Assembly: GCA_049997855.1 (NCBI GenBank) | Contig: JBEKSG010000005.1 | Span: 1,111-65,110, forward strand | Direction: 5' to 3' | Source: Minisyncoccia bacterium | GTDB taxonomy: Bacteria; Patescibacteriota; Minisyncoccia; Phycocordibacterales; SBAW01 | Length of the DNA: 64,000 nucleotides | Shown here: one piece after another, positions 55,663 to 63,367 of the stretch | Layout of the letters: every line of letters begins with the position of its first letter | Position numbering within the stretch: the stretch's first letter is position 1 | Notes under the pieces: model-generated | Databases searched by the model: none | What the model was told of the DNA's origin: nothing | Seen by the model: only the letters and a program-made list of their open reading frames with translations | Translations under genes and position numbers: made by a program

Positions 55663-56763
55663 TTAACTATGCAGGAATTCTATCACATCGCCGTCTTTGA
55701 CTATATACTCCTTCCCTTCTGTTTTTAGTATGCCTTGCTCGCGCGCCTTGGCGTATGAGCCCGCTTCAAGCAGTTTTTGCCAGTTGATGACTTCGGCGCG
55801 GATAAACTTGTTGTAAAAGTCGGTGTGTATCGCCGCGCCCGCCTCGGGCGCGGTAGAGCCCAGGGGAATAGTCCACGCGCGGCTCTCGTCGGCGCCGGTG
55901 GTAAAAAAACTCATGAGCCCCAACAATTGATACGCACCAACAATAAGTCCGTTGACGCCATCATCAAACACGCCGTACTCTTGCCTAAAACTTGCTTTGT
56001 CGTCGCCGTGCAAATCGCGCAACTCGTTTTCGATATTGGCGTCAATCGGCACATAGGTTGCACCTATCGAGTTAAAATAGTCGACCAAGCGCTCGTAGCG
56101 GCCGTCGTTGAGTTCATCGAGATTGTGGCCGCCGGCTTCTTTGTTGAGCACATAGAGCATCGGCTTCATGCTGAGCAAGTGGAGCCCTTTGAGCGTATCG
56201 CGCTCCTCTTTGGTATACACGGCGCCTGAGGCGGGCTTGCCCTCCTCAAGTGCACTTTTTGCTTTTGCAATTGCTGTTTGCTCGGCCAGTGCTTCTTTTT
56301 TACCGGCGCGCACATCGCGCTCGAGAGAGCCGAGCCTCCTTTCGACCGTTTCGGTATCGGCGAGTATCAATTCAAGATTAACTACTTCGACATCGCGTAG
56401 AGGATCAATCACCGCATCCACATGCGTAATATTTGGATTATCAAAGAGCCGCACGACATGCGCGATGGCATCCACCTCGCGGATGTGCGAGAGAAACTGA
56501 TTGCCCAACCCCTCGCCCTCGCTCGCGCCCTTAACCAAGCCGGCGATATCGACAAACTCAATCGCAGCCGGCACTATTTTGGCGGAGCTTGAAAATGCGG
56601 CAAGCTTGTCGAGGCGCAGGTCGGGCACGGCAACGACTCCCACCGACGGGTCGATGGTCGCAAACGGATAGTTGGCAATCAGCACGCTCTTTTTGGTAAT
56701 AGCCTGAAAGAGCGTCGACTTGCCGACATTGGGCAACCCCACGATGCCTACCGATAATCCCAT
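55663..56763 (-). CDS. ychF: Ribosome-binding ATPase YchF (Obg family).
   Basis: GIVGLPNVGKSTLF (G1), NKEAGGH..., TGS domain at the C-terminus. Confidence 0.95.
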   Translation of the reverse strand: MGLSVGIVGLPNVGKSTLFQAITKKSVLIANYPFATIDPSVGVVAVPDLRLDKLAAFSSSAKIVPAAIEFVDIAGLVKGASEGEGLGNQFLSHIREVDAIAHVVRLFDNPNITHVDAVIDPLRDVEVVNLELILADTETVERRLGSLERDVRAGKKEALAEQTAIAKAKSALEEGKPASGAVYTKEERDTLKGLHLLSMKPMLYVLNKEAGGHNLDELNDGRYERLVDYFNSIGATYVPIDANIENELRDLHGDDKASFRQEYGVFDDGVNGLIVGAYQLLGLMSFFTTGADESRAWTIPLGSTAPEAGAAIHTDFYNKFIRAEVINWQKLLEAGSYAKAREQGILKTEGKEYIVKDGDVIEFLHS

Positions 56764-56764
56764 A

Positions 56765-57631
56765 CTATTTTTTTGCTTCCAGTTCGCCGGGAGTTTTAGG
56801 CATGACGTTTAGAGCCATTGCCGAAGTCCCACCAGGGAGTGTCGAGAGCGCCGATTTGGGTTCGGGCGAAGGAGCCGAGGTGTTTGGCATTACGGTAAGC
56901 GCGCCGTTCAGAACCTGGACAATTTCAGATATGGGCTGGAGTGCCGGCACCTTTGGCAAAAACGGTGTGTCGGTTACCTTGGGCGCGGGCGAAGTGGGGG
57001 TTGTAGGCGATGGCGCGGAGATATCCGGAATAATTTTTATCTCTTTCGGCGGAATAAAATCTTTTGGCAAAGAAACGGGCTCGGGCACCGGGGGCGGTGG
57101 CGGGAGAGGTGCCGGTTTTTTCCTTGGCACCATTTTTCTGTCGCGGCGAATGACCACTATCGCCTCCCAACACAACACAAATCCTATAAGCCACGCGGCG
57201 TAGAACGTGCCGAGATTGGCCCACGTAGTGACCGGCGCCAAAATGTGTACCAAAAAAAGCGCGTACCATGTGCCTCCGATGACTCCTTCGACAATGCTAA
57301 GCTTGCTGGTACGACGCACAGACGTAAGTGCCACCACCAGGAGTATGAGCACCCATTTAAAGAGAAAGGCAGGAGCAAAAACAACGGCGCTCTCCCCCGC
57401 CGTGAGATGCAGCACTGCTATGCCGAGCCCCGAGAGGACGATAAGCCAGAGCGCGGCGGCCATAACGCGCTTGATGGCAAGGGCGTATTGCGTTTCCTTC
57501 TCGTCCACGATGCCGTCGCGCATGGAGATAAGGTAGGCAGCAAGCATAATAGTTTCGGCACCGACGCCGAGTGTTACGCCGAGCTGCTGAGCGCAATAAA
57601 AAATCAGATTTAAAAAATCCGCGCTGAACAT
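56765..57631 (-). CDS. Hypothetical membrane protein with Pro-rich C-terminal tail.
   Basis: Six TM helices, then PAPLPPPPPVPEPVSLP... low-complexity tail. Confidence 0.5.
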   Translation of the reverse strand: MFSADFLNLIFYCAQQLGVTLGVGAETIMLAAYLISMRDGIVDEKETQYALAIKRVMAAALWLIVLSGLGIAVLHLTAGESAVVFAPAFLFKWVLILLVVALTSVRRTSKLSIVEGVIGGTWYALFLVHILAPVTTWANLGTFYAAWLIGFVLCWEAIVVIRRDRKMVPRKKPAPLPPPPPVPEPVSLPKDFIPPKEIKIIPDISAPSPTTPTSPAPKVTDTPFLPKVPALQPISEIVQVLNGALTVMPNTSAPSPEPKSALSTLPGGTSAMALNVMPKTPGELEAKK

Positions 57632-57735
57632 ACAAAAATTGTATCACGGGTTTTTTCTGTGGCGTCGAGTACACTCTCGACATCCGACGTACCGTCGGGT
57701 ACACAAAATTACAGTCGCTTTGCTCCTTAATTTTG

Positions 57736-57806
57736 TGGACCTACGGGGAGTCGGACCCCGACCTCGTCCATGCCATGGACGCGTTCTACCGCTGAACTAT
57801 AGGCCC
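57736..57806 (-). tRNA. tRNA-Ala (anticodon GGC), CCA not encoded; T-loop TCCGACT (C55).
   Basis: Hand fold of the reverse complement: GGGCCTA/TAGGTCC acceptor (one G-U), D-arm GTTC/AGCGGTA/GAAC, anticodon arm CGTCC-ATGGCAT-GGACG, T-arm CGGGG-TCCGACT-CCCCG, discriminator A. Confidence 0.6.
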
Positions 57807-57815
57807 TCGAACACA

Positions 57816-58232
57816 TCATACATTACCGGGCATCCGCTTATCGCGCATGCTGCGTCTTTTTTCCCGCCCGCGTATCTGGCGCTCGTCGTAACCGAAGTGA
57901 TGCGCGACTTCATGCCAGACGGTGTCGCGGATAACTTGCCGCACGTCTTTGCCCTCTGCCAGTGCGTTTTCCTCAATCGGTTTTTGAAACAGTGTAATGG
58001 TGTCGGGCAACGTCCCTCCAACGCCGTAGTAGTCACCGCGTGCAGTTGCAGGGACGCCGTGATACAAACCGAGCAGTGTCTCGTTCCGGCCTAAGCCTTC
58101 TTGTTTCCGCAATGCCTGCGACGGCTCATCTTCAATCAAGAACGCAACATTGTGTATCATGGTGCGGAACTTCTCCGGTATAGCCTTGGGGAATTCCTCC
58201 CCGACTAATTGTTCAAATGCATCTCTGGTCAT
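57816..58232 (-). CDS. Minimal zincin-like metallopeptidase (HExxH; DUF1025/Zincin_1-like).
   Basis: TVWHEVAHHFGYDE motif. Start at the internal Met MTRDAFEQL. Confidence 0.55.
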   Translation of the reverse strand: MTRDAFEQLVGEEFPKAIPEKFRTMIHNVAFLIEDEPSQALRKQEGLGRNETLLGLYHGVPATARGDYYGVGGTLPDTITLFQKPIEENALAEGKDVRQVIRDTVWHEVAHHFGYDERQIRGREKRRSMRDKRMPGNV

Positions 58233-58561
58233 TGGACTAACTGTAACAGAAAACACACAAACCAACCTGATTGTGTCACATGCCGGGCGGAAAATGGAAA
58301 AAGAAAAATAACCCGACCGAAGCCGGGCCATTAATATCGGCCTTCCAACTGATCTTGCTCTTCGTGGTCGCGCGCGATTTGCGCATTCCCGTTTGGGTGT
58401 TGTCTGTGCCAGCGAACATCGCCGTCGACAAGTTCAAGCACCAAAGCAATCACTAGCGCGACTGCAGTTGCCCATAACGGTATGTGTATGATAAACATGC
58501 TGAACTCCCCCAAACAACATTGAGAACGAATCTGCAAGATATTATACCACTAATATGAAAA

Positions 58562-58584
58562 TAAAAAAGCCTGCTTGTGCAGGC
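58562..58584 (-). terminator. Rho-independent terminator after the tRNA pair (GCCTGC-acaa-GCAGGC + TTTTTTAT on the minus strand).
   Basis: Read directly on the plus strand as AAAAAAGCCTGCTTGTGCAGGC. Confidence 0.5.
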
Positions 58585-58616
58585 AGACGTCATGAGTAGT
58601 GAATGTCATAACGATG

Positions 58617-58687
58617 TGGACCCGGCGAGAATCGGACTCGCGCCTCTGCAATGCGAATGCAGCGTTTTACCACTTAACTACGGGCCC
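58617..58687 (-). tRNA. tRNA-Ala (anticodon CGC), CCA not encoded; T-loop TCCGATT (C55); 3-bp D-stem.
   Basis: Hand fold: acceptor GGGCCCG/CGGGTCC (one G-U), anticodon arm CTGCA-TTCGCAT-TGCAG, T-arm GCGAG-TCCGATT-CTCGC, discriminator A. Confidence 0.5.
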
Positions 58688-58720
58688 TAATATAAAAATT
58701 ATATTAGTCAAAATCTAAGT

Positions 58721-58789
58721 CGGGGTGCCGAGAATCGGACTCGAGTTTCACGCACCCGAAGCGTGTATAATACCACTATAAGACACCCC
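58721..58789 (-). tRNA. tRNA-Pro (anticodon CGG), short (69 nt), CCA not encoded; T-loop TCCGATT (C55). The acceptor helix extends into 10-11 bp of complementary flanks.
   Basis: Hand fold: acceptor GGGGTGT/GCACCCC, D-arm TATA/GTGGTAT/TATA, anticodon arm CACGC-TTCGGGT-GCGTG (G37). Flanks AAATCTAAGTC / GACTTAGATTT are complementary. Confidence 0.45.
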
Positions 58790-58821
58790 GACTTAGATTT
58801 CGACTTTTAAAATATACCAAT

Positions 58822-58859
58822 AAAAAGAAAAAGGGTCGAGTCGCTACGCGACTCGACCC
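58822..58859 (-). terminator. Strong rho-independent terminator (GGGTCGAGTCG-ctacg-CGACTCGACCC + TTTTTCTTTTTAT on the minus strand) after CDS 58868..59251.
   Basis: 11-bp perfect stem read directly. Coordinates may be off by 1. Confidence 0.65.
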
Positions 58860-58867
58860 GAGAAGCA

Positions 58868-59251
58868 TTACGTCCGTTTCGAATGCGGAGTTAACGGGAT
58901 CATGATGCCTTTGATCATATGGGCAAGACAAGTCGCCGCAATTCCTAAACTCTTGGCGAAAGGTAAAAACTCTTTGATTCGCCGCAACTTTTCTGCCTCC
59001 ATTGAAGGGTTGCCATTGATTATAGTGGCGACCTTCCAATCGTGTTCCTTGCACGCACCATTGGCGGTGCAAATGGTTACCCTTACGTAAAGACGACTGT
59101 TGGGCCTGTGATAAAAATCGAAATCGGCATAATCGACATCGACATCTTCCGAAAAGCCTCCAGAAACTCTGGCCGATCTGATAATTTTGAAGTTGTTTTT
59201 TCCTACTGAAATAACAACGCCAACTTTCTTATCTTGAAGCCGGAAGTCCAT
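58868..59251 (-). CDS. Hypothetical protein (127 aa), lower GC than surroundings.
   Basis: ORF track; no motif recognised. Flanked by a strong terminator and by tRNA genes. Confidence 0.4.
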   Translation of the reverse strand: MDFRLQDKKVGVVISVGKNNFKIIRSARVSGGFSEDVDVDYADFDFYHRPNSRLYVRVTICTANGACKEHDWKVATIINGNPSMEAEKLRRIKEFLPFAKSLGIAATCLAHMIKGIMIPLTPHSKRT

Positions 59252-59352
59252 CTTTCGTCCCCAATTGTTTATCTTCCGTCGGCTTGATTGCCGATGGCAC
59301 GGCTAACACTGTACTACTAAGTACAGTTTTGTCCAGTCTACTTGTGTATAAG

Positions 59353-59426
59353 TGCACCCTTCAGGATTCGAACCTGAGACCTCACCCGTGTGAAGGGTGC
59401 GCTCTAACCAGCTGAGCTAAGGGTGC
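59353..59426 (-). tRNA. tRNA-Val (anticodon CAC), canonical T-loop TTCGAAT; CCA not encoded.
   Basis: Hand fold: acceptor GCACCCT/AGGGTGC, D-arm GCTC/AGCTGGTTA/GAGC, anticodon arm CACCC-TTCACAC-GGGTG, T-arm TCAGG-TTCGAAT-CCTGA. Confidence 0.8.
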
Positions 59427-59478
59427 AAACACTATACAGATTGCAATATATGGACAATTTAGTAAAGTAATTGAGCAA

Positions 59479-59554
59479 GGGCCCTTAGCTCAACTGGTAG
59501 AGCGCCTCATTTGCAATGAGGAGGTAACCGGTTCAACCCCGGTAGGGTCCACCA
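59479..59554 (+). tRNA. tRNA-Ala (anticodon TGC) with encoded CCA. Its last 6 nt (CCACCA) are the outer end of IR-L.
   Basis: Hand fold: GGGCCCT/AGGGTCC acceptor, D-arm GCTC/AACTGGTA/GAGC, anticodon arm CCTCA-TTTGCAA-TGAGG, T-arm ACCGG-TTCAACC-CCGGT, ACCA end. Confidence 0.85.
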
Positions 59555-61057
59555 AAATTGATTAGCATCAGAATTGACCGCGCCCGCGCCTCTGGCGCGG
59601 GCTTGGGCTGGCATTTCCGCCAAGAAATTCCAAGGGGTTTTGAATTCCGCCGAAAGCATTCCCGCCGCGAGGCGGCGGTTCGAGCCGATGCCAACAAGAA
59701 AATCTTTCATCCCCGAAAGATTTTCTTGTTTAGAGAGATTTTCGGCTTGGTTGGCCTCAATAATCCAGTTTCGCATGAGTTCGAGCCAATGATTGCCTTT
59801 TCGTTCAAAATCACTCAATTTCTCCTCCAATGTCTTTTTTTCCGACATTAAAATATTCTTTTTCTCTTGATACTCGCCAAGTTCCAATGCCTCGCCTAAA
59901 TATGCGTCTGTCAGTCGCTCTAGCCGTATTTTAATGGCGGAAATATTATCGCGGAGATTTTGAGCGAAAAGGTCTGATGAGTGGCGGGATTCTGATTGCT
60001 CGCTTTCAAGGCGAGCAAGATATTTTTCCCGCCATTCGTCAGGCAAAGAAACTTTTTGACAAAGATTTTTCACTTGCTCGGTTAGCACTTCTTCCCGCAA
60101 AAAGCGATTTTCAGTACACGAAATAGTTTTGCTCTTGTGGGTACAACGATAGTAAATAAACTTCAAACCACTTTTCTTGATGTGTCGCTCCGCAGTTATC
60201 GCATATCCACATACCCCACAAGTAGCAAAACCTAAAAACTGAAAATTCTTTGGTCCTCGCTTTTTGCGGGGCTTTCCATTGGCGACGAGTGCTTCCTGTA
60301 TTTTGTCAAAAAGTTTCTTTGAAATCATTGGCTTATGCGATCCGGCATGCACCTCGCCGCGATAGCGAAAATGCCCGTAATAAAATGGATTAGTCAAAAC
60401 TTTTTGCACAGTTGAAAGGGCGGGGTGCTTGCCGTCTTTGCCAACCAAGCCGACAGAAAACATTTTGCGCTGAATTGCCGTGAGCGTGTATTGTCCCGAA
60501 GCAAAAGCCCTTAAAATCTCTTTTACTTTGCCAAATGTCTTTTTGTCAGGTTCAATCGTTCGTAACCTTGGCTCGTTAAAATAACCGAGAGGGGCTTTTG
60601 CCGACAATTCACCACGGCGTATCTTTTGCCGAATACCGCGCAAAATGTTTTCTCGCAAATTGTCGGTGTAATATTTTGCTTGACCGAACGCCACAGACAG
60701 CATGAATTTTCCCTGTGGCGTCGGTTCAAACCAAAATGTAGGGAATTTTAGCGTGGTGATTTTGCCAGTATCAACGAGATATATCACTCGTCCGCCATCT
60801 ATCGAGTTGCGTGCCAATCTATCGGGATTCCACGCTAAAATTCCCTGTGCGATGCCTTTTTCAATTTCGCCAAGCATTTCGTTAAAAATCTCACGACCAG
60901 GTTCTTTGGCTGTTTTAGACTCGTAAAATTCCTTAACGATAAAAAGAGAGTTTTGCTTGGCGAATTCCCGAAGCTCCGTAAGTTGCGCCTCAATGCTCAA
61001 AACTTGGCGTTCCTCATCTTCACTCGATTTTCTACAATATATAAAATATTTTGTCAT
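59507..61057 (-). CDS. Large serine recombinase (resolvase/invertase catalytic domain + recombinase domain + zinc ribbon + coiled coil).
   Basis: N-terminus MTKYFIYCRKSSEDEERQVLSIEAQ...LDRLARN (catalytic Ser/Arg), zinc ribbon CGVCGYA...YYRCTH...C, long coiled coil. Start at the internal ATG 61057. The 3' about 190 nt lie within IR-L and run antisense across tRNA-Ala, so the true C-terminus is uncertain. Confidence 0.8.
   Translation of the reverse strand: MTKYFIYCRKSSEDEERQVLSIEAQLTELREFAKQNSLFIVKEFYESKTAKEPGREIFNEMLGEIEKGIAQGILAWNPDRLARNSIDGGRVIYLVDTGKITTLKFPTFWFEPTPQGKFMLSVAFGQAKYYTDNLRENILRGIRQKIRRGELSAKAPLGYFNEPRLRTIEPDKKTFGKVKEILRAFASGQYTLTAIQRKMFSVGLVGKDGKHPALSTVQKVLTNPFYYGHFRYRGEVHAGSHKPMISKKLFDKIQEALVANGKPRKKRGPKNFQFLGFATCGVCGYAITAERHIKKSGLKFIYYRCTHKSKTISCTENRFLREEVLTEQVKNLCQKVSLPDEWREKYLARLESEQSESRHSSDLFAQNLRDNISAIKIRLERLTDAYLGEALELGEYQEKKNILMSEKKTLEEKLSDFERKGNHWLELMRNWIIEANQAENLSKQENLSGMKDFLVGIGSNRRLAAGMLSAEFKTPWNFLAEMPAQARARGAGAVNSDANQFWWTLPGLNRLPPHCK
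59549..59668. repeat. IR-L: left copy of a perfect 120-bp inverted repeat (imperfect extension to about 59681).
   Basis: 59549-59668 is the exact reverse complement of 61174-61293 (checked base by base). It contains an internal hairpin GCCCGCGCC-tct-GGCGCGGGC and an inner-end palindrome CCGCCGC-gag-GCGGCGG. Confidence 0.85.
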
Positions 61058-61173
61058 AGCTTCGGGAATTAAATTGATAAAGGCATTGCACTTACACCGA
61101 CAATTTGCAATCTCTCCACATCGGCTCCTGTGCGAAGCACAGAACAAGCGTTAGCTTGTTGAACCGCCGCGTA

Positions 61174-61293
61174 GCGGCGGGAATGCTTTCGGCGGAATTC
61201 AAAACCCCTTGGAATTTCTTGGCGGAAATGCCAGCCCAAGCCCGCGCCAGAGGCGCGGGCGCGGTCAATTCTGATGCTAATCAATTTTGGTGG
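61174..61293. repeat. IR-R: right copy of the perfect 120-bp inverted repeat (imperfect extension inward to about 61161).
   Basis: See IR-L. Inner-end palindrome CCGCCGC-gta-GCGGCGG. Confidence 0.85.
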
Positions 61294-61634
61294 TGTTTGT
61301 TTGAAAAAGTTAGAACCCATTTCGAGCAGAACCCTGACTGACTTCGCACGCTCCGCGTGCGTGGTGGCTTGAAACTGCCTCGTACGCTCTGATTGCGTGG
61401 TGATGCGAACCAATGCGCCTCGACCGCGCTCGCGGACTCGCGCGGGCAAAACCCAAAAATTTTCCTTCCTTAATTTTAGATTTTCGGCGGGGGGTGTGGG
61501 GGGAGCCGACAAAAAATGGAAAGGAAATTTTTGGTTTTGCTTCGCCGGTAGCATATTGAAAATATCTAATATATTTGCTATCATACTATTGTCATCAAGT
61601 ATAACACAAGTAATGATATCAAAGTATTGAAACT

Positions 61635-61832
61635 ATGGCAACGATTGGCGAAAATATAAAAAGAGTACGCAACAAGCTTGGTTTGACCCAAGATGATTTG
61701 GTGCGGAAATCTGGTGTAAAGCACACTACCCTTACAAAAATTGAGAGTAATGTGGTTGTTAAGCCAAGTGTTCAAACGGTCGCCAAGATTGCAAAAGCGT
61801 TAGGCGTTCCAATGGAAGATTTGGTAAAATAA
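61635..61832 (+). CDS. XRE-family (Cro/CI-type) HTH transcriptional regulator.
   Basis: IKRVRNKLGLTQDDLVRKSGVKHTTLTKIESN is the HTH_3 signature. Confidence 0.8.
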   Translation: MATIGENIKRVRNKLGLTQDDLVRKSGVKHTTLTKIESNVVVKPSVQTVAKIAKALGVPMEDLVK

Positions 61833-61836
61833 TTTT

Positions 61837-62427
61837 ATGGAAACGAAAAAATTTGAAGATTTGAATAAGGGAGATCAAATTAAAGCGGATTTGTATTCGA
61901 GACCGAATGCTATGAATGGGAAATACAGAGTCGGTCAACTTGGATTGGATGATTTGGTAAAAATTAAAAGTAGCGATACTTTCTTTTTGGAAACATTGAA
62001 AATGAAAGCTGATTTGGCTGACAAAATGATTGCGGAAGCTGAATCACAGGGCAAAAATACATCAGACCAGAAAGTGATGAAAGAGTTGGGCGAAGAAATA
62101 AATGCCGTAGGCACTCCGCTTCACAGAAGCGAATCTGTAATGACTGCAATTTTTGCTTCCTTGCATTTAATCGTGTATTACGGAATTGCGATTGGTATTT
62201 GGGGGCTAGTTTTCAAAAAAAGTTTTCTGATGTTTGGTTTTTACGGCGTTATCGTGGGACTTTTAATTAGCTTACTATCTGTCGCTCCTGTAATCGCTTT
62301 TCAGAGAACAAAAGAAAAAGTTAGAGATATGTCGTTTGGTGCCGGTGCAACATGGGGGAATTTAGGAATTATCATTGGCGTTGTCGGCCTAATAGCTTTG
62401 GTAATAAGATTAGTATTTTTTAAATAA
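61837..62427 (+). CDS. Hypothetical protein with C-terminal TM helices, AT-rich.
   Basis: ORF track; 5-nt spacer after the XRE gene. Confidence 0.5.
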   Translation: METKKFEDLNKGDQIKADLYSRPNAMNGKYRVGQLGLDDLVKIKSSDTFFLETLKMKADLADKMIAEAESQGKNTSDQKVMKELGEEINAVGTPLHRSESVMTAIFASLHLIVYYGIAIGIWGLVFKKSFLMFGFYGVIVGLLISLLSVAPVIAFQRTKEKVRDMSFGAGATWGNLGIIIGVVGLIALVIRLVFFK

Positions 62428-62432
62428 ACTAT

Positions 62433-63362
62433 ATGGAATACAAAAAATTAGAGGAAAAAATCGACAACGATCTTAAATGGAAAACTATTGAGGATATTCC
62501 TAATTTTCCAGTCTCTAACTTTAATGAAATAAAAAAGAAGATAGACTCGAAAGAGTTTTCCTTAAGTCTTAATCCTATAACTACTCTTGAATTTTCCTCT
62601 AATTTTTCTAGCGGATTTTCCAGTTTATTTTTTTCGCTTTTTCTTCATACCACATGGATTGTGACTATTGCTTCAATTATCTTAGCTTTTGTCCTTGGGA
62701 ATTACTGGCTGTTTCTAGGAATAATTGTTTGTTATGTCGCGCATTTTACTTCTCTCCCGTATGTTCAATTTAAAAAATTATGTTATCTCGTCGCTGCACT
62801 ACTTTTTCTTGTTTTCTTCTATGGCATCATGCAACATAAAGAACTAGCTACATATCTCTCGTTGTTTTTTATTCTTCCAGTTCTAGCTAATATTTTCCTA
62901 TACGATATGAGTTATAGAAAACTTCGTGATGTATCAATAAATTCAGAGAAAATTTTTATTTATCTATTTCAAACAGGCAAATTAATGTTGGAAGATAATA
63001 AAAACAAGTTTCTTTTTAGTGTACATAGTGCTAGAAATGTCAGCGTTGATCCTGATTTTATTTCAAAGGTAATTCAAGAAGCGTCGGAAACGATGAAAAA
63101 AACCAACTGCAACACTTTAGCAATGGAAAACATAAATGATATAGGTCGGTACGTTCCTTTTACTTATGTTTATCAAAAAACTTGGATTGATGCCGCTAAT
63201 TTTACTGCCAGTGATATGGCTAGAGACGAAGGCTTAACTGGTCAAGAACTAAAAGATAGAGCGACGGAAATATTTAGAGATGCAGTGAGAGTTGAGCCGA
63301 ATACAAAAGAAGGTAAAAAGGTTCGTGGTTTAGCGCAAGTTACAGCGGCAATCTCAAAATAA
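62433..63362 (+). CDS. Hypothetical polytopic membrane protein, AT-rich.
   Basis: ORF track; several hydrophobic segments. Confidence 0.5.
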   Translation: MEYKKLEEKIDNDLKWKTIEDIPNFPVSNFNEIKKKIDSKEFSLSLNPITTLEFSSNFSSGFSSLFFSLFLHTTWIVTIASIILAFVLGNYWLFLGIIVCYVAHFTSLPYVQFKKLCYLVAALLFLVFFYGIMQHKELATYLSLFFILPVLANIFLYDMSYRKLRDVSINSEKIFIYLFQTGKLMLEDNKNKFLFSVHSARNVSVDPDFISKVIQEASETMKKTNCNTLAMENINDIGRYVPFTYVYQKTWIDAANFTASDMARDEGLTGQELKDRATEIFRDAVRVEPNTKEGKKVRGLAQVTAAISK

Positions 63363-63367
63363 TAAAA

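Noticed and set aside
58541-58781. Direct repeat TAT(T/A)ATACCACTA at 58543 and 58765 as a possible att duplication.
   Set aside because: Only 11/13 identity over 13 bp. The second copy is simply the D-arm of tRNA-Pro(CGG). Too short to mean anything without more evidence.
61069-61584. 171-aa minus-strand ORF spanning IR-R and the spacer before the XRE gene.
   Set aside because: Mostly the mirror of the IR-encoded peptide plus low-complexity sequence. No start context. Likely non-coding.
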